Shown here: one piece after another, positions 20,859 to 31,662 of the stretch | How positions within the stretch are numbered: position 1 is the first letter of the stretch | How the letters are laid out: each line of letters begins with the position of its first letter | Assembly: GCA_947630815.1 (NCBI GenBank) | Contig: CANRJD010000001.1 | Span: forward strand, 34,127-98,126 | Reading direction: 5' to 3' | DNA length: 64,000 nucleotides | Origin: an uncultured Akkermansia sp. | GTDB taxonomy: Bacteria > Verrucomicrobiota > Verrucomicrobiia > Verrucomicrobiales > Akkermansiaceae | The notes under the pieces: generated by a model | What the model was told of the DNA's origin: nothing | What the model saw: the letters and a program-made list of their open reading frames with translations, nothing else | The model's database searches: none | Position numbers and translations under genes: made by a program

Positions 20859-21502
20859 CTGCCGCGTAGGCCGGGCATAACATCCCTAACTATAATACAT
20901 GTGTGGCTATCGTTAAGCCACTATGTCCCGCAACACTCTACGTTCGCGGGACGAAACGGCCGGGCTCTGCTTTCCCAGAGCCGGAGCCTTGGCAGAGCCT
21001 CTTGTTGAGGTCACTGCCATATAGTAGTAATCTGAATATTGCCCGGCTTTTTCTTTACCCGTATCGCTGGCGCAATATTTCTCAATACATGTGGAGGTCA
21101 TTGCCGGGGCGGCGGCAGGCGTATTCATGTTCACGCGTGCCGACATGACCGGCTGCTCCGTAATACGATCAGCACATGAGCGCATACGTATGGCGGTCTC
21201 AGTGCTGTCTTCAGCTTTAATCATCGTCACTCCGGACAATACGCTTCCCTGCGGCCTGCTTTGTGTGCAGCCGTTGCAGTTACGGAATCTGTCGGAAGTG
21301 ATGTTCATATTATCTTAGCTTACATCGGTAAGCCTCGCCGAGTTTACATTCGACCTCCGTAAACGTCAAGAAAAATTTGGAGGTTGAACGCATAAAATTT
21401 TTGGCTCTGTCCTACCACAGTGTTGATTTATGGGAAAGCGGCGCAAATTTGAAGTGATGTTGGAGGTGACGTGAGGTCGCTAAATATGTGGAATGAGACG
21501 AA

Positions 21503-22255
21503 GTGCAGCAGGACAGCAGGAAGCCTGTGACAATTTTATTGAATGGCTATTGGAGTCAGAAGCGCAGGCTGCGTGAGAAGAAGTCCATCAGTCAGATCGC
21601 TAAGCTCCCCGATCGTCATCGCGTCACTATTTATCGCGAAGTCAAGCGCGACTCGGTCTCGCAACTCAAGCATGATCTCACCGTATACCGCGCCTACCGC
21701 GCCCAGTTCGCCCAAGATAGAAGCAACGAGCAGAAGAGTGCTCATGGCCCTGCCTTAAAGATCGGCTCCAATCACCAGCTTGCCTCTCAACTCTCTGAGC
21801 TCATAGCAGGGAAGCTCAAGCACTCCCCCTATGCCGCCCGTCAAATACTCATCAGAAACGGCATCCACTGCCCTTTCTGCTCCCGTACAATCTACAATTA
21901 CATTGATCAGGGCATTATTGGCATCTTCCCCGTGATATGGTTCAAGGGCCTCGGAAGAAACGTAAAAAAATCTGTTCATCAACGTCTCTTCCATAACCAT
22001 ACCGGGGCTATCAGTATCGAGAATCGCCCTGAGGAATTTAACCGACGCAGAGACCTCGGTCACTTCGAGATGGATTGTGTCGTCGGTCCCCGTGGCTCCC
22101 ACGTCGCCTCAGTGCTCAAACCTTCAGCTCCATCTCATAGTAAAGTGGCACGAGCTGCATTCAATTTGTTCTTCTTTCTCCAGGCCTTGCTAGAAAAAGA
22201 AAAAAATATTGTTTTGGTTGTCATGGAATCAGGGGATTATGCGTTACCAACATAA
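21503..22255 (+). pseudogene. Truncated IS30-family transposase
   Basis: SISQIAK...HRVTIYREVKR, RTIYNYI, SIENRPEE...R.DLGHFEMDCVVG; homology ends before the rest of the DDE core. Confidence 0.85.
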
Positions 22256-22350
22256 ACAATTATATACGACAGGGTTAAGATAAGCTCTTAAATAGTCCCT
22301 ATCCAAAAGCCAATATATCATTTATTATCAGGACGGACGAGGGAAAGATA

Positions 22351-22380
22351 TGATGGGCATTTCTATGAGTCCATCAATGG
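22351..22380 (+). repeat. hsdS inversion site IR1-left
   Basis: tgatgggcatttctatgagtccatcaatgg, exact reverse complement of 26411-26440. Confidence 0.92.
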
Positions 22381-23650
22381 CGGGGAACCTGTCTGTATTG
22401 ACGACGATATTCCGTTTGATATCCCTGAGAGCTGGGAATGGTGTAGGCTGAAAAGCATTTGCTCCATAGCTACAGGTAAAAAGGATGCCAATTATGGTTC
22501 TCCAGATGGAGAATACCCCTTTTTTACGTGCGCAAAAGAACCAATCAAATGTAAATCGTATTCATTTGAAGGCGAATCATTGTTGCTAGCCGGCAATGGT
22601 GATATTGGCAATATCTCATACTATTCAGGTAAGTTCGAAGCGTACCAGAGAACTTATGTATTGCAGTCTTATGTAAGCGGATATTTACAATATATCCACA
22701 TCCACTTGTTATACAATTGGATAGAGTATAACAATGAAAAGATGTTTGGTAGTACAATCCCCTACATAAGATTAGGTAACATTGAGGAATATCTTGTTGC
22801 TCTGCCTCCCTTGGCCGAGCAGAGCAGAATACTATTAGCTGCCCAAAAACGAGAAGAATTAGTTTCAGTTTTACAGAACTCTCGCCGCCGGTATAAACGC
22901 ATTCTCTCCGAAACTCCTACTAGCCTACGCCAACAACTCATACAGGCGGCGATTCAGGGACAGCTCGTTCCTCAAAATCCGAATGACGAGCCAGCATCTG
23001 TTCTACTGGAGCGCATAGCTCAGGAACGTGCCTCAAAACTAGGCAAAAAGGCAGCTAAATCAATGAGCCGTATCGAGAGGCGTGGTAGTAAGACCTATGA
23101 ACTCTTTCCGGATGGAACAGAAAAGGATATTTCTGACGAGATTCCCTTTGAAACACCAACATCGTGGGAATGGAGCCGGTTACAAGCCTATTGTGTATAT
23201 GGAGAGGCGACTAGTGTTAAAGTACAGGATTGTCCGCTAGATACATGGATTTTAGATTTGGAGGATATAGAACCGCATTCAGGCGTAATATCACAACGTG
23301 TTACCGCTGAAAATAGATCATCTACCAGCAATAAATTCTGGTTTACTTCTGGCTCAGTCTTATACAGTAAATTGCGGCCATATTTGAATAAGGTAGTTGT
23401 TGCTGATTCGGACGGGTGCTGTACAACAGAAATTATCCCCATTAGTTTGTTCGCCAAAGCAAATCCTCATTATCTCCAACATTTGCTGATGTCTCCATTC
23501 TTCGTATCTGAAATAAACAAGGATTCATATGGAGTAAAGATGCCTCGAGCTGATAATAAACAGGTGAAAAAATTTCTTATTCCTGTACCACCTCTCCAAG
23601 AGCAGCACCGAATTGTTGAAAAACTCGGTGCGCTCTTGAAGTTGATATAG
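22352..23650 (+). CDS. hsdS: Silent hsdS cassette (TRD1b + conserved spacer + TRD2b), lacking the N-terminus
   Basis: Frame opens after a stop at 22289 with no ATG; reads DGHFYESINGGE...IPFDIPESWEWCRL, matching the expressed HsdS from residue about 67; two xPPLxEQ motifs. Confidence 0.88.
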   Translation, partial: DGHFYESINGGEPVCIDDDIPFDIPESWEWCRLKSICSIATGKKDANYGSPDGEYPFFTCAKEPIKCKSYSFEGESLLLAGNGDIGNISYYSGKFEAYQRTYVLQSYVSGYLQYIHIHLLYNWIEYNNEKMFGSTIPYIRLGNIEEYLVALPPLAEQSRILLAAQKREELVSVLQNSRRRYKRILSETPTSLRQQLIQAAIQGQLVPQNPNDEPASVLLERIAQERASKLGKKAAKSMSRIERRGSKTYELFPDGTEKDISDEIPFETPTSWEWSRLQAYCVYGEATSVKVQDCPLDTWILDLEDIEPHSGVISQRVTAENRSSTSNKFWFTSGSVLYSKLRPYLNKVVVADSDGCCTTEIIPISLFAKANPHYLQHLLMSPFFVSEINKDSYGVKMPRADNKQVKKFLIPVPPLQEQHRIVEKLGALLKLI

Positions 23651-24457
23651 TTACCAAGTGATTACCGTATCTACTATCTCCCGCTGCTCGGCATGTGTTC
23701 GGCGGAGGTAGATGCGTGTCGTCTCAATATTGGAATGCCCCATGAGATCTGCCAGCAAAGCAATGTCATTGTATTTCTCGATGAAGTTCTTAGCAAAACG
23801 ATGCCGGAAGGAGTGGGGATAAACCACCTGTGCGTCTAATCCGTATTTAATGCCCAGCTTCTTCAATTTACTACCAAGGCCTGTAGGAGTCATTACTTTT
23901 CCCCTCCTATTCAGGAAGATAAAACCGCTCTCGATTTTAGCCTCTGCTAGCCATTCGAGAGCAGACATGCGCAATGCCTCTGGTATATAAATGCGGCGTG
24001 TTTTGCCGCCTTTGGAATTGATGTCGAGATACCCAATCCTGACGTGCTCAACCTTTATCTTCAGCAGTTCACTAATGCGGGCTCCTGTCGCCGCCAAAAA
24101 GCGAACGATGAAATGCCATTTTTTTCGTCCATCTTTGAGTAATGAGTCCCTCAGATACTCGTAGTCAGGTTGAGAAATCACGTTCTCAAGGTACGGCTTT
24201 TGTTGAAGCTTAACATGTGCCAACTGCCATTCCTTTTTACCGAGGTACTCCAGATAGGCATTGATTCCGCATATCCTGATGTTAACGGTTTTTGTTTTGA
24301 AGTTTTCAATGAGATAGAGCTTGTACTTCTGCAATTTATCGAGCGTTATACGCCCATACAGTTGCTTGAACTGAGCAACCGCATACAGATACAAACTAAC
24401 GGTATTCTGCGCCCTTTTTTGAAGGTGCAGCCAGCTTTCGAATGTAGTCTTGGACAT
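23651..24457 (-). CDS. Tyrosine recombinase (hsdS invertase)
   Basis: TGARISE, KGGK, HSFRH, LMGH, TTRIY catalytic residues; lies between hsdS cassettes. Confidence 0.92.
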   Translation of the reverse strand: MSKTTFESWLHLQKRAQNTVSLYLYAVAQFKQLYGRITLDKLQKYKLYLIENFKTKTVNIRICGINAYLEYLGKKEWQLAHVKLQQKPYLENVISQPDYEYLRDSLLKDGRKKWHFIVRFLAATGARISELLKIKVEHVRIGYLDINSKGGKTRRIYIPEALRMSALEWLAEAKIESGFIFLNRRGKVMTPTGLGSKLKKLGIKYGLDAQVVYPHSFRHRFAKNFIEKYNDIALLADLMGHSNIETTRIYLRRTHAEQREIVDTVITW

Positions 24458-24464
24458 GTCCCTA

Positions 24465-25028
24465 TTATAGGGCTATGTACCACAATATCTTGTCCAACGT
24501 CTTTGCTATCCTTAGTTGCTCTGCAAGAGGAGGAACAGGATATAGAAAATCTTCAATATTTTCGCTGCTTATTGATGGTGAATTATCACCTTTCATAAAC
24601 AAATTGAGCCCTTGAATTACATAAGGCGACAGAAATAAGGAATACGTAAAATCAGGGTTAAGTACTTTAGACCGTACCACATAAAAGCCAGTTGAAGCAA
24701 TGGCATCAGCGTATAGATTCCCAACCAATGCTATATTCTCCAGATATGGACGAACTAAGGAAAAGAGTACATCTCCTGATTCCAGTATACGGCGGGCTCT
24801 GCTAGGAGCATTTTCCTTTTTAGTCGGCTTCCCTGATTTGATTATGTGTCTTTTGTTGTCTATGGCGTCAATATCAATGTACAAGAAATCTTTTTCTGGC
24901 GTTCTATTTTTAGTCTCCTCGAAAATTGATTTGCCTTTAGCCCATTCCCACGACGCTGGTATTTCAAAGGGAATCTTGTCAGAAATATCCTTTTCCGTAC
25001 CATCTGAAAGGAGCTCATAGGTCTTACT
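24465..25028 (-). CDS. hsdS: Silent half hsdS cassette (TRD2c)
   Basis: Begins at agtaagac 7 nt after the hsdS stop: SKTYELLSDGTEKDISDKIPFEIPASWEW...VRPYL...STGF...VPPLAEQ. Confidence 0.85.
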   Translation of the reverse strand, partial: SKTYELLSDGTEKDISDKIPFEIPASWEWAKGKSIFEETKNRTPEKDFLYIDIDAIDNKRHIIKSGKPTKKENAPSRARRILESGDVLFSLVRPYLENIALVGNLYADAIASTGFYVVRSKVLNPDFTYSLFLSPYVIQGLNLFMKGDNSPSISSENIEDFLYPVPPLAEQLRIAKTLDKILWYIAL

Positions 25029-25035
25029 GTCCTGT

Positions 25036-26640
25036 TCAATTGTTTAGAGTTTTGAGTAATAAGCCTAATCTGTTGCAAATGCAAACTTGCTCTTCTGCCG
25101 GAGGAATTGGGCATAGAAGCTTCTTTAGCATTGATTGAGTCACCTGATAAATAGTCGTTGTGTTGGCATCATCTAGCTGTTCTCTAAAAAGCCGAGACGA
25201 GAAAAAATAATACAAATATCGATTTGATACAGAAATAAATTTGGCCATAAACGCTCCATAGGCATCACCATTTCTTTCTACTATGGCCGTTTTTCCCACC
25301 AAGTTTTTGCTCCCATTTCGTGCACAAATTAGCAAATCTCCCTGATTTATATAAGCTCTATCCGGGATTTTCATTTCTACGTGTAGTACGTCGTCATAGC
25401 TTATTTTTCCATTTTGGATGTTGTTAGCCCTTAGAACAGCAGTTCCTTTTTCTCGGACATCACTAGGACTGTATGTGAGCCCTATATAAGCTTCTCCTAC
25501 CTGTTCTAGCCTACACCATACCCAATTTTCAGGTAAATCAAAGGGGATTTCATCACTAATATCCTTTTCAGAACCATCAGAAAAAATCTCATGATAGGTA
25601 GCATGAGTCTTACTACCACGCCTCTCGATTCTGCTCATTGATTTAGCCGCCTTTTTGCCCAGTTTGGTGGTGCGTTCCTGAGCTATGCGTTCCAGTAGAA
25701 CAGTTGCAGGCTCGTCATTCGGATTTTGAGGAACGAGTTGTCCTTGGATGGCCGCCTGTATGAGCTGTTGGCGCAAACTTGTGGGAGTTTCTGAGAGAAT
25801 GCGTTTATAATATCGACGGGAGATGGATATTGTTTCTAATTTTTCAAATAACGAAGCTATCTCATTTACTATATTCTCTTGTTCTTTAGCCGGAGGAATG
25901 GGAATAAGTAAATTTTCTAAAACTCCTATATAAAGTTCTTTTTGATTTGTGCTTCCAGAGAGATTTTCTTCTAAATATTTTTGAGTTTCTACGGATTCAA
26001 CAAAGGAAAAAATGAAAAAGGAGTTAATAGCATTGAATGTGCGTACAACTGTTACATGCGAATCAGGTACAGTAAAGGGATAATGCCCTAAACACGATTC
26101 GTTGAAAACTCGCGTTCTACATACAGTACCTGTTCCTGTTGAATTGATTAAAATATCACCACTTTGCAATTTATATGCCTCTTGCCATTTTTCTATAGTC
26201 TTAGGGTCAAGAAATCGTGCTTTTTCTAGAGAAACACCTCCTTCTTTCAAGTTGCATTTTTGAGCAAAGACTGGATACTTTTTTTCAGTTTCAGAGTACT
26301 TAGGTGATTTCCCCCTTGATAGAAAAGAGCATACAGAAGTCAGCCTACACCATTCCCAACTATCCGGGGTTTCAAAGGGAATATCGTCATCTATACAGGT
26401 TGCTTCCCCTCCATTGATGGACTCATAGAAATGCCCATCACGTCTAAAGATTCGGGAGGTACTCTTGGGCTTCTTTATTTTCCTCTCCCTAATCAGTCTC
26501 TCTCGCTCCTCGGCAATACGTTCCAACAGCTTAGACGCGGGCTCGTCCTCAGGATTTTGAGGAACCAGTTCTCCTCGAATTGCAGATTCGAGTATCTTCT
26601 TACGCAGGGCATCAATGATGCGTTCTATCTTATCGCTCAT
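25036..26640 (-). CDS. hsdS: Type I R-M specificity subunit (expressed allele TRD1a+TRD2a)
   Basis: AIRGELVPQNP.DEPA twice, PDSWEWCRL/PENWVWCRL, IPP..EQ; ATGA overlap with hsdM. Confidence 0.95.
   Translation of the reverse strand: MSDKIERIIDALRKKILESAIRGELVPQNPEDEPASKLLERIAEERERLIRERKIKKPKSTSRIFRRDGHFYESINGGEATCIDDDIPFETPDSWEWCRLTSVCSFLSRGKSPKYSETEKKYPVFAQKCNLKEGGVSLEKARFLDPKTIEKWQEAYKLQSGDILINSTGTGTVCRTRVFNESCLGHYPFTVPDSHVTVVRTFNAINSFFIFSFVESVETQKYLEENLSGSTNQKELYIGVLENLLIPIPPAKEQENIVNEIASLFEKLETISISRRYYKRILSETPTSLRQQLIQAAIQGQLVPQNPNDEPATVLLERIAQERTTKLGKKAAKSMSRIERRGSKTHATYHEIFSDGSEKDISDEIPFDLPENWVWCRLEQVGEAYIGLTYSPSDVREKGTAVLRANNIQNGKISYDDVLHVEMKIPDRAYINQGDLLICARNGSKNLVGKTAIVERNGDAYGAFMAKFISVSNRYLYYFFSSRLFREQLDDANTTTIYQVTQSMLKKLLCPIPPAEEQVCICNRLGLLLKTLNN
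26411..26440 (-). repeat. hsdS inversion site IR1-right
   Basis: Exact inverted copy of 22351-22380. Confidence 0.92.
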
Positions 26641-28052
26641 GCTTCGGAAGTTTGGTCGGAGTTAAGGAGAGCTTCAAGGGCAGCAAAGGCTTTATTTTCC
26701 TTTTGTAATTCCTCCTTGAGCATCTGCATCAAATCTTCAATGGAGCCCTCGATAGTATCAACTTCATCTTTGAGCCATTTGATATCCAGAGATGTTTTAT
26801 CGCGCTGCAAAATCTCCTCGTAGGTATAGCAACGCCATCTTTCATCCTGCACCGCATGCCGGTCGGGAGCCTCGTACGCTGCAATAAATCCGGCAAAGTA
26901 TTCCTCCTTCAGAGGATTAGTTTTGCCAAAGGAGGGCATGTTGGAGCGGAGATCGTAGATCCATACCTCTGAGGTATTGCCTTGGTCTGTTCTGCCTCGG
27001 GTGAAGAAAAGGACATTTGTTTTTACTCCCTGCGCATAGAAAATGCCGGAGGGTAAGCGGAGAATGGTGTGAAGATTACACTTCTCCATTAGGTCTCGGC
27101 GTACTAATTCACCATCGCCATCCGCAAAGAGGACATTATCCGGCAGAACAACCGCAGCTCGGGCGGTTCCCGTAGTTTTAAGACTCCGGTAAATATGCTG
27201 CAGGAAATTGAGCTGCTTATTACTGGTGGGGAAAGTCAGGTCATCTCGAGTGGCCCGTTCGCCGCCTCGTTTTGTGCCAAAAGGAGGATTTGCGAGTACC
27301 AAATCATACGTCCGGAGTACTTTACCTGCATTCGACAATGTATCAGCGCATAATATATGCCCATTGATGCCGTGGAGCATGGCATTCATGAGAGCCAAAC
27401 GGTGAGTGTCTTTAACTAACTCGGTTCCGGTAAAAGCAACTTCATTTTCAAAGCGAGCCGCTTCCTCATCAAGGTCAAAGAAATCGTCCGTGTGTTCTCT
27501 CACATATTGGCTAGCTGCTATCATGAAGCCGAACGTACCGCAAGCCGGGTCGTTACACAATTCTCCAGGCTGGGGCTTCATCAGCCGTGTTATCACATTA
27601 ATCAGGACGCGAGGCGTGAAATATTGACCAGCCCCGGATTTCTTCTCATTAGCATTCTTCTCCAAGAGTCCCTCGTAGAGATTACCTAATCCCTCCTCGC
27701 GAGCAGAGAACCAGTCGAGCTGGTCAATTGTAGTGATTATTTTCTCCAGATTTTTAGGCTCGGAAATATTTGAGACAGCTTCATCATAGATGGCCTGAAC
27801 GCGGCCGGTGCATTCAGTGCCCAGATGATCCAACAATTTTTTATAGAAAGACTTCAACTCCACACCACTGCGAGCGGTTAGGTTGTCCCAACGATATCCT
27901 TCCGGAATCTGCGTTTCCGTACCCGTTTCTTTTGCCATTTTAAGGAAAAGGATGTAGGTAAGCTCAGTAACGTACTGGTGGTATGTAATGCCGTCATCGC
28001 GTAAGACGTTGCACAGGTTCCAGAGTTTGGTGATAATTTCTTGAGTAGTCAT
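26637..28052 (-). CDS. hsdM: Type I R-M methyltransferase (EcoKI-like)
   Basis: KLWNLCNVLRDDG, GQYFTPR, DPACGTFG, NPPF. Confidence 0.96.
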   Translation of the reverse strand: MTTQEIITKLWNLCNVLRDDGITYHQYVTELTYILFLKMAKETGTETQIPEGYRWDNLTARSGVELKSFYKKLLDHLGTECTGRVQAIYDEAVSNISEPKNLEKIITTIDQLDWFSAREEGLGNLYEGLLEKNANEKKSGAGQYFTPRVLINVITRLMKPQPGELCNDPACGTFGFMIAASQYVREHTDDFFDLDEEAARFENEVAFTGTELVKDTHRLALMNAMLHGINGHILCADTLSNAGKVLRTYDLVLANPPFGTKRGGERATRDDLTFPTSNKQLNFLQHIYRSLKTTGTARAAVVLPDNVLFADGDGELVRRDLMEKCNLHTILRLPSGIFYAQGVKTNVLFFTRGRTDQGNTSEVWIYDLRSNMPSFGKTNPLKEEYFAGFIAAYEAPDRHAVQDERWRCYTYEEILQRDKTSLDIKWLKDEVDTIEGSIEDLMQMLKEELQKENKAFAALEALLNSDQTSEA

Positions 28053-30928
28053 GCAGATTGTGTGGTATCGAGGTTATAAAGGTATTGATTAAGTTCGTTA
28101 ATGAGTTCATGAAGCTGGTTGCCGAAGACTTTATTAAAGAAGGAGAATCCGCCTCTATTCCTGAATTGGGGAGCTTCATTGAATGAATCCACGGTTAGCA
28201 CCGTCTCATTGATTAGATATTTTTCGATGCGATCAAGCCAGTTTTGCTCGCTCTTGCTGAAATTATGGGTCTTTCGTAGCGTGTTCACAGCCTGCCGAAT
28301 GCGGTCTTCATGGTTCAGTAAAGGCGTCCCTAGTGCTTGTTTACGAATGATGCTGATAATATCAGCGGTAATTTCAGCATTGCTCATCTGGGAAAGGGCC
28401 GTATTGAGCTGTTGCACTGTGTACCCATCTCGGGCAAGGGCTCGTTTCAGCGATCTGAGGGAGTCTCGTGTCAGGTCAGAAGGTTTTGTACACACTATGC
28501 TCAGAGCCGTAATTTTGTCTCGGTTCTCTGTTACATATCGGGTAAAAGCTTTCAAGTAGTCTTCTGGGGTGTTGGTCCCATTGCCGAATCCTCGCGTATG
28601 TAGAACGTCGCCATCCGGCTTGTTGGAAATCAAGGTAGGGATGCCTTTAGGTTTCACCTTATCCAACCAAACGAATAGAGGTCGATGTTCTATCAATTCA
28701 ACCTTGGCTATATGGGTAGGCATATTCTTGATGTGTTCCATGAATCGCTGAGGGGTTTGCCCATCTGCATAGTCTGCAAAATGCTCATTGAAAGAATCCA
28801 CCTCACCGTTCTGGAGTCGCTGCACTTTGCGGCGCAGCTTGGCAATAATCTGCACCACCTGAGCCTCGATTTGTTCCTGTTCTTCAAGCTTGTGCAAGCC
28901 GTCTACAAGTTCAATAAAAGACACATAGGGATTCACTCCCACCGGCTGCATTGTGTCAACATCCTTTAAGGCCTCACAAACGCCAACGCAATCGTAAATA
29001 TCGAAGTGGTCTTTGTGTATCTCCGGGCAGAGGCGTGTCGCTCGACCTTTCATCTGTTCATACAGGATACGCGACTTTACCTGACGCATGAACACCAGAT
29101 TAGTGATGGACGGAACATCCACGCCCGTTGTCAGCAAATCAACAGTTACAACGATAGACGGATATTCCTCGTTTTTGAATCTTCGAATAGCCATTTTAAT
29201 TCGGTCTTTATTGCCGTTGGCCACACGTCCCGTAATCTTAAGGATAGCATCGTTACTCACTCCTGTTTTGGCATAAATTTCACGGAGTATTTCCACTATT
29301 AAATCAGCGTGTTGATCATTGACAGCATAAATTAAAGTCTTGCCTTGAGTACTGGAAGCTTCCGGGTCTATATGATGAGCCACTTCTTTGAGTACTTCCC
29401 TGTTAAAGGCCTCTGTAATGACTCGTCGGTTGAAATGCTCAACAGCAAAATCCATTTCATCTTCTAATTCCCATGAGCGAATATTTATGCGGGGCGAGTA
29501 GCCTGTCACTGTTTCACCTTTCTTGAAATGAATGCCCTTCCGGCTCAGTTCTGTGGAAATAAGATGCGGGGCGTCGTGGTCAACAAGATAGCCGTCAAGG
29601 ACAGCTTCAGGGTAAGTATAGGTATACACCGGCTCTCCAAAAATCTGAGTTGTGTGCAATGCCGGAGTAGCAGTTAACGCAATCTTAACAGCATCGAAAT
29701 AATCAACGACATAGCGGTACTTGCTCTGATAATCACGCTGGTCCCGGAAAAGGATTTCCGTATCACTCATTTCCCTGTCAAATATATATCCTCGGTGAGC
29801 TTCATCAATGATTATTAAATCGTAGTCAGATACAGCCGGGCGAGTATCATTGTCTCCGCAATACAGGATACGTTTAACTAGGCCTTGGACAGTAGAAACA
29901 TGGATTTTGGTTTCCTTTTCTACAGTTGTGTCGTCGAGCCCTTTTATATCGTAGATTTCATCTAACGTCATGAGCTCCTCTAATTTGACCTCTTTGAAAA
30001 CGTCTAGTGCCTGTGTGCCCAGCTCAGTTCTATCTACAAGGAAGAGGATTCGGCGAAAGCGTTCCGTTTTGAGGAAACGATATATCATGCCCAGCACGGT
30101 ACGAGTTTTACCTGTACCAGTAGCCATGGCCAGCAAGGCCGATTTCTTGCCCTCCATGATGGCATCCTCTGCCGCTTGAATGGCATTGATCTGGTAGTAT
30201 CGCAACCCCAAGCCAGATGGGTTGCGCAGAAAATCATAAGGCAGCTCCTTCAGTCGTTCGTTCTTACTCACGATATCCTCCTTTAGTTTCTCCAGCATGC
30301 CATCCGGGCTCATCCATCCCAGCAGAGCGGACGGTATGTTGCTTTTTTTCCTCAAATCCAGCCACCAGATGCCGGATTTAGTTTTGACCTGTTCGGAGTA
30401 ATCTCTGCCATTGGTTGTAAAAATGAACGGCACATGGTATTCCTCCCATTCGCCTATGCAAAGGGAATAATCGCAACGACGAACACTTCGGGCATATTCT
30501 TTCCCCTGAAAATCAATTTCTGATGCTACATCTTTGCCCGACTTCTTAGCCTCTATGAAGCCGACTAGCTTTTCCTCGACGAATAAAGCATAATCTGCGG
30601 CTCCTCCGTCAACCACATCCGAATCAACAGGCCATTCGGCTATTGCCATGTTGCGTCCTTTCGCCGGACGAGTGCCATTAGAATATCGAAGCTCCTTAGT
30701 GTTAGCCTCCCATCCAACTTGCCTTAACTGTTTATCTATAAGCTCACGCGTCTCTTTCTCTGTCAACTCGTTCCGCGCGAATTGACCGGAGTAAGAATCT
30801 AAAAAAGAATCCTCCTTCATATTGTATGCCATTCTGTAAGTCGTAGACGCGGAGCAATGTACCATGAAAACTCGAAGTAAGCAAGGAAAAGTATGATAGG
30901 ATTTTACTATCATACTTTTCCTTCTCAA
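28049..30928 (-). CDS. hsdR: Type I R-M restriction subunit (start probably about 30830)
   Basis: ADY...IEAKK nuclease, MATGTGKT, DEAHR, TATP, QMKGRATR. Confidence 0.95.
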   Translation of the reverse strand: MRRKSMIVKSYHTFPCLLRVFMVHCSASTTYRMAYNMKEDSFLDSYSGQFARNELTEKETRELIDKQLRQVGWEANTKELRYSNGTRPAKGRNMAIAEWPVDSDVVDGGAADYALFVEEKLVGFIEAKKSGKDVASEIDFQGKEYARSVRRCDYSLCIGEWEEYHVPFIFTTNGRDYSEQVKTKSGIWWLDLRKKSNIPSALLGWMSPDGMLEKLKEDIVSKNERLKELPYDFLRNPSGLGLRYYQINAIQAAEDAIMEGKKSALLAMATGTGKTRTVLGMIYRFLKTERFRRILFLVDRTELGTQALDVFKEVKLEELMTLDEIYDIKGLDDTTVEKETKIHVSTVQGLVKRILYCGDNDTRPAVSDYDLIIIDEAHRGYIFDREMSDTEILFRDQRDYQSKYRYVVDYFDAVKIALTATPALHTTQIFGEPVYTYTYPEAVLDGYLVDHDAPHLISTELSRKGIHFKKGETVTGYSPRINIRSWELEDEMDFAVEHFNRRVITEAFNREVLKEVAHHIDPEASSTQGKTLIYAVNDQHADLIVEILREIYAKTGVSNDAILKITGRVANGNKDRIKMAIRRFKNEEYPSIVVTVDLLTTGVDVPSITNLVFMRQVKSRILYEQMKGRATRLCPEIHKDHFDIYDCVGVCEALKDVDTMQPVGVNPYVSFIELVDGLHKLEEQEQIEAQVVQIIAKLRRKVQRLQNGEVDSFNEHFADYADGQTPQRFMEHIKNMPTHIAKVELIEHRPLFVWLDKVKPKGIPTLISNKPDGDVLHTRGFGNGTNTPEDYLKAFTRYVTENRDKITALSIVCTKPSDLTRDSLRSLKRALARDGYTVQQLNTALSQMSNAEITADIISIIRKQALGTPLLNHEDRIRQAVNTLRKTHNFSKSEQNWLDRIEKYLINETVLTVDSFNEAPQFRNRGGFSFFNKVFGNQLHELINELNQYLYNLDTTQSA

Positions 30929-31299
30929 ATCAGGACGGCAAAGAGACGATGGTTGGAAAGGTTAAAAAGCTATTATTGTTTGTACAAATTTATGAGATAA
31001 GTGCATCCACGCGTACCTACGCTGGGCTGCTCGTTCACCAATTCTTCATGCTCCTTCCCCCTAGCTTTTTCTCGCTCACTCCATCACCCCTACCATCTTT
31101 CCGACGGTTGCCCTTCTTAACTGCTTCCCTGCGTTGCGGAAATCTCCCCGTTCGTGGTCATCTCCGGGGATCTTGGAGGGTTATCACATGTATAAGGATG
31201 CACCTGGGATAGACTGCCTTCTTTCCGTAGCGTTGTAACAATATCACTAATACTCATTGTAGTACTGCCCTTACCCTCTGCCGCTTTTTCCCTTTCCTC

Positions 31300-31455
31300 C
31301 TCCTTGGCTTGTTTCTCCCAGTCCTTCCGCCAAATCCGGACTAATGCCATACTCCGCAGCTATCTGAACATGAGTCTTCGCTCCGCTCAGGGCATCAAAT
31401 GCCACCTTTCCTTGAACTCAGCGCTGTAACGCCCTCTCTTGTGTATGTTTTCATT
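31300..31455 (-). pseudogene. Frameshifted IS3-family OrfA-like HTH relic
   Basis: Across two frameshifts it reads KRGRYSAEFKE/KVAFDALSGAKTHVQIAAEYGISPDLA/KDWEKQ. Confidence 0.6.
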
Positions 31456-31662
31456 TTGCATGTGCGTGTATTGGTCAAATGATACGCACGCCTGTTGTGT
31501 TGCACAAGCAAAAGAGGGCTTAACCCATTGTCTTAAATTCCGGCACCATTATAGTTTGCCCCGGCAAGGAGACATCTCAGACAGGGATGCCTGGGCGGAA
31601 ATGATTGCGTGGTTTCGTGAGCAAGCGTTGGAAATGAGGCCTGACTTCAGGCAGCTGGTAAC

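Noticed and set aside
20913-21308. 131-aa ORF
   Set aside because: No recognisable motif; cannot support it as a gene
23651-24457. Island or prophage integrase
   Set aside because: Short, and embedded among hsdS cassettes inside inverted repeats
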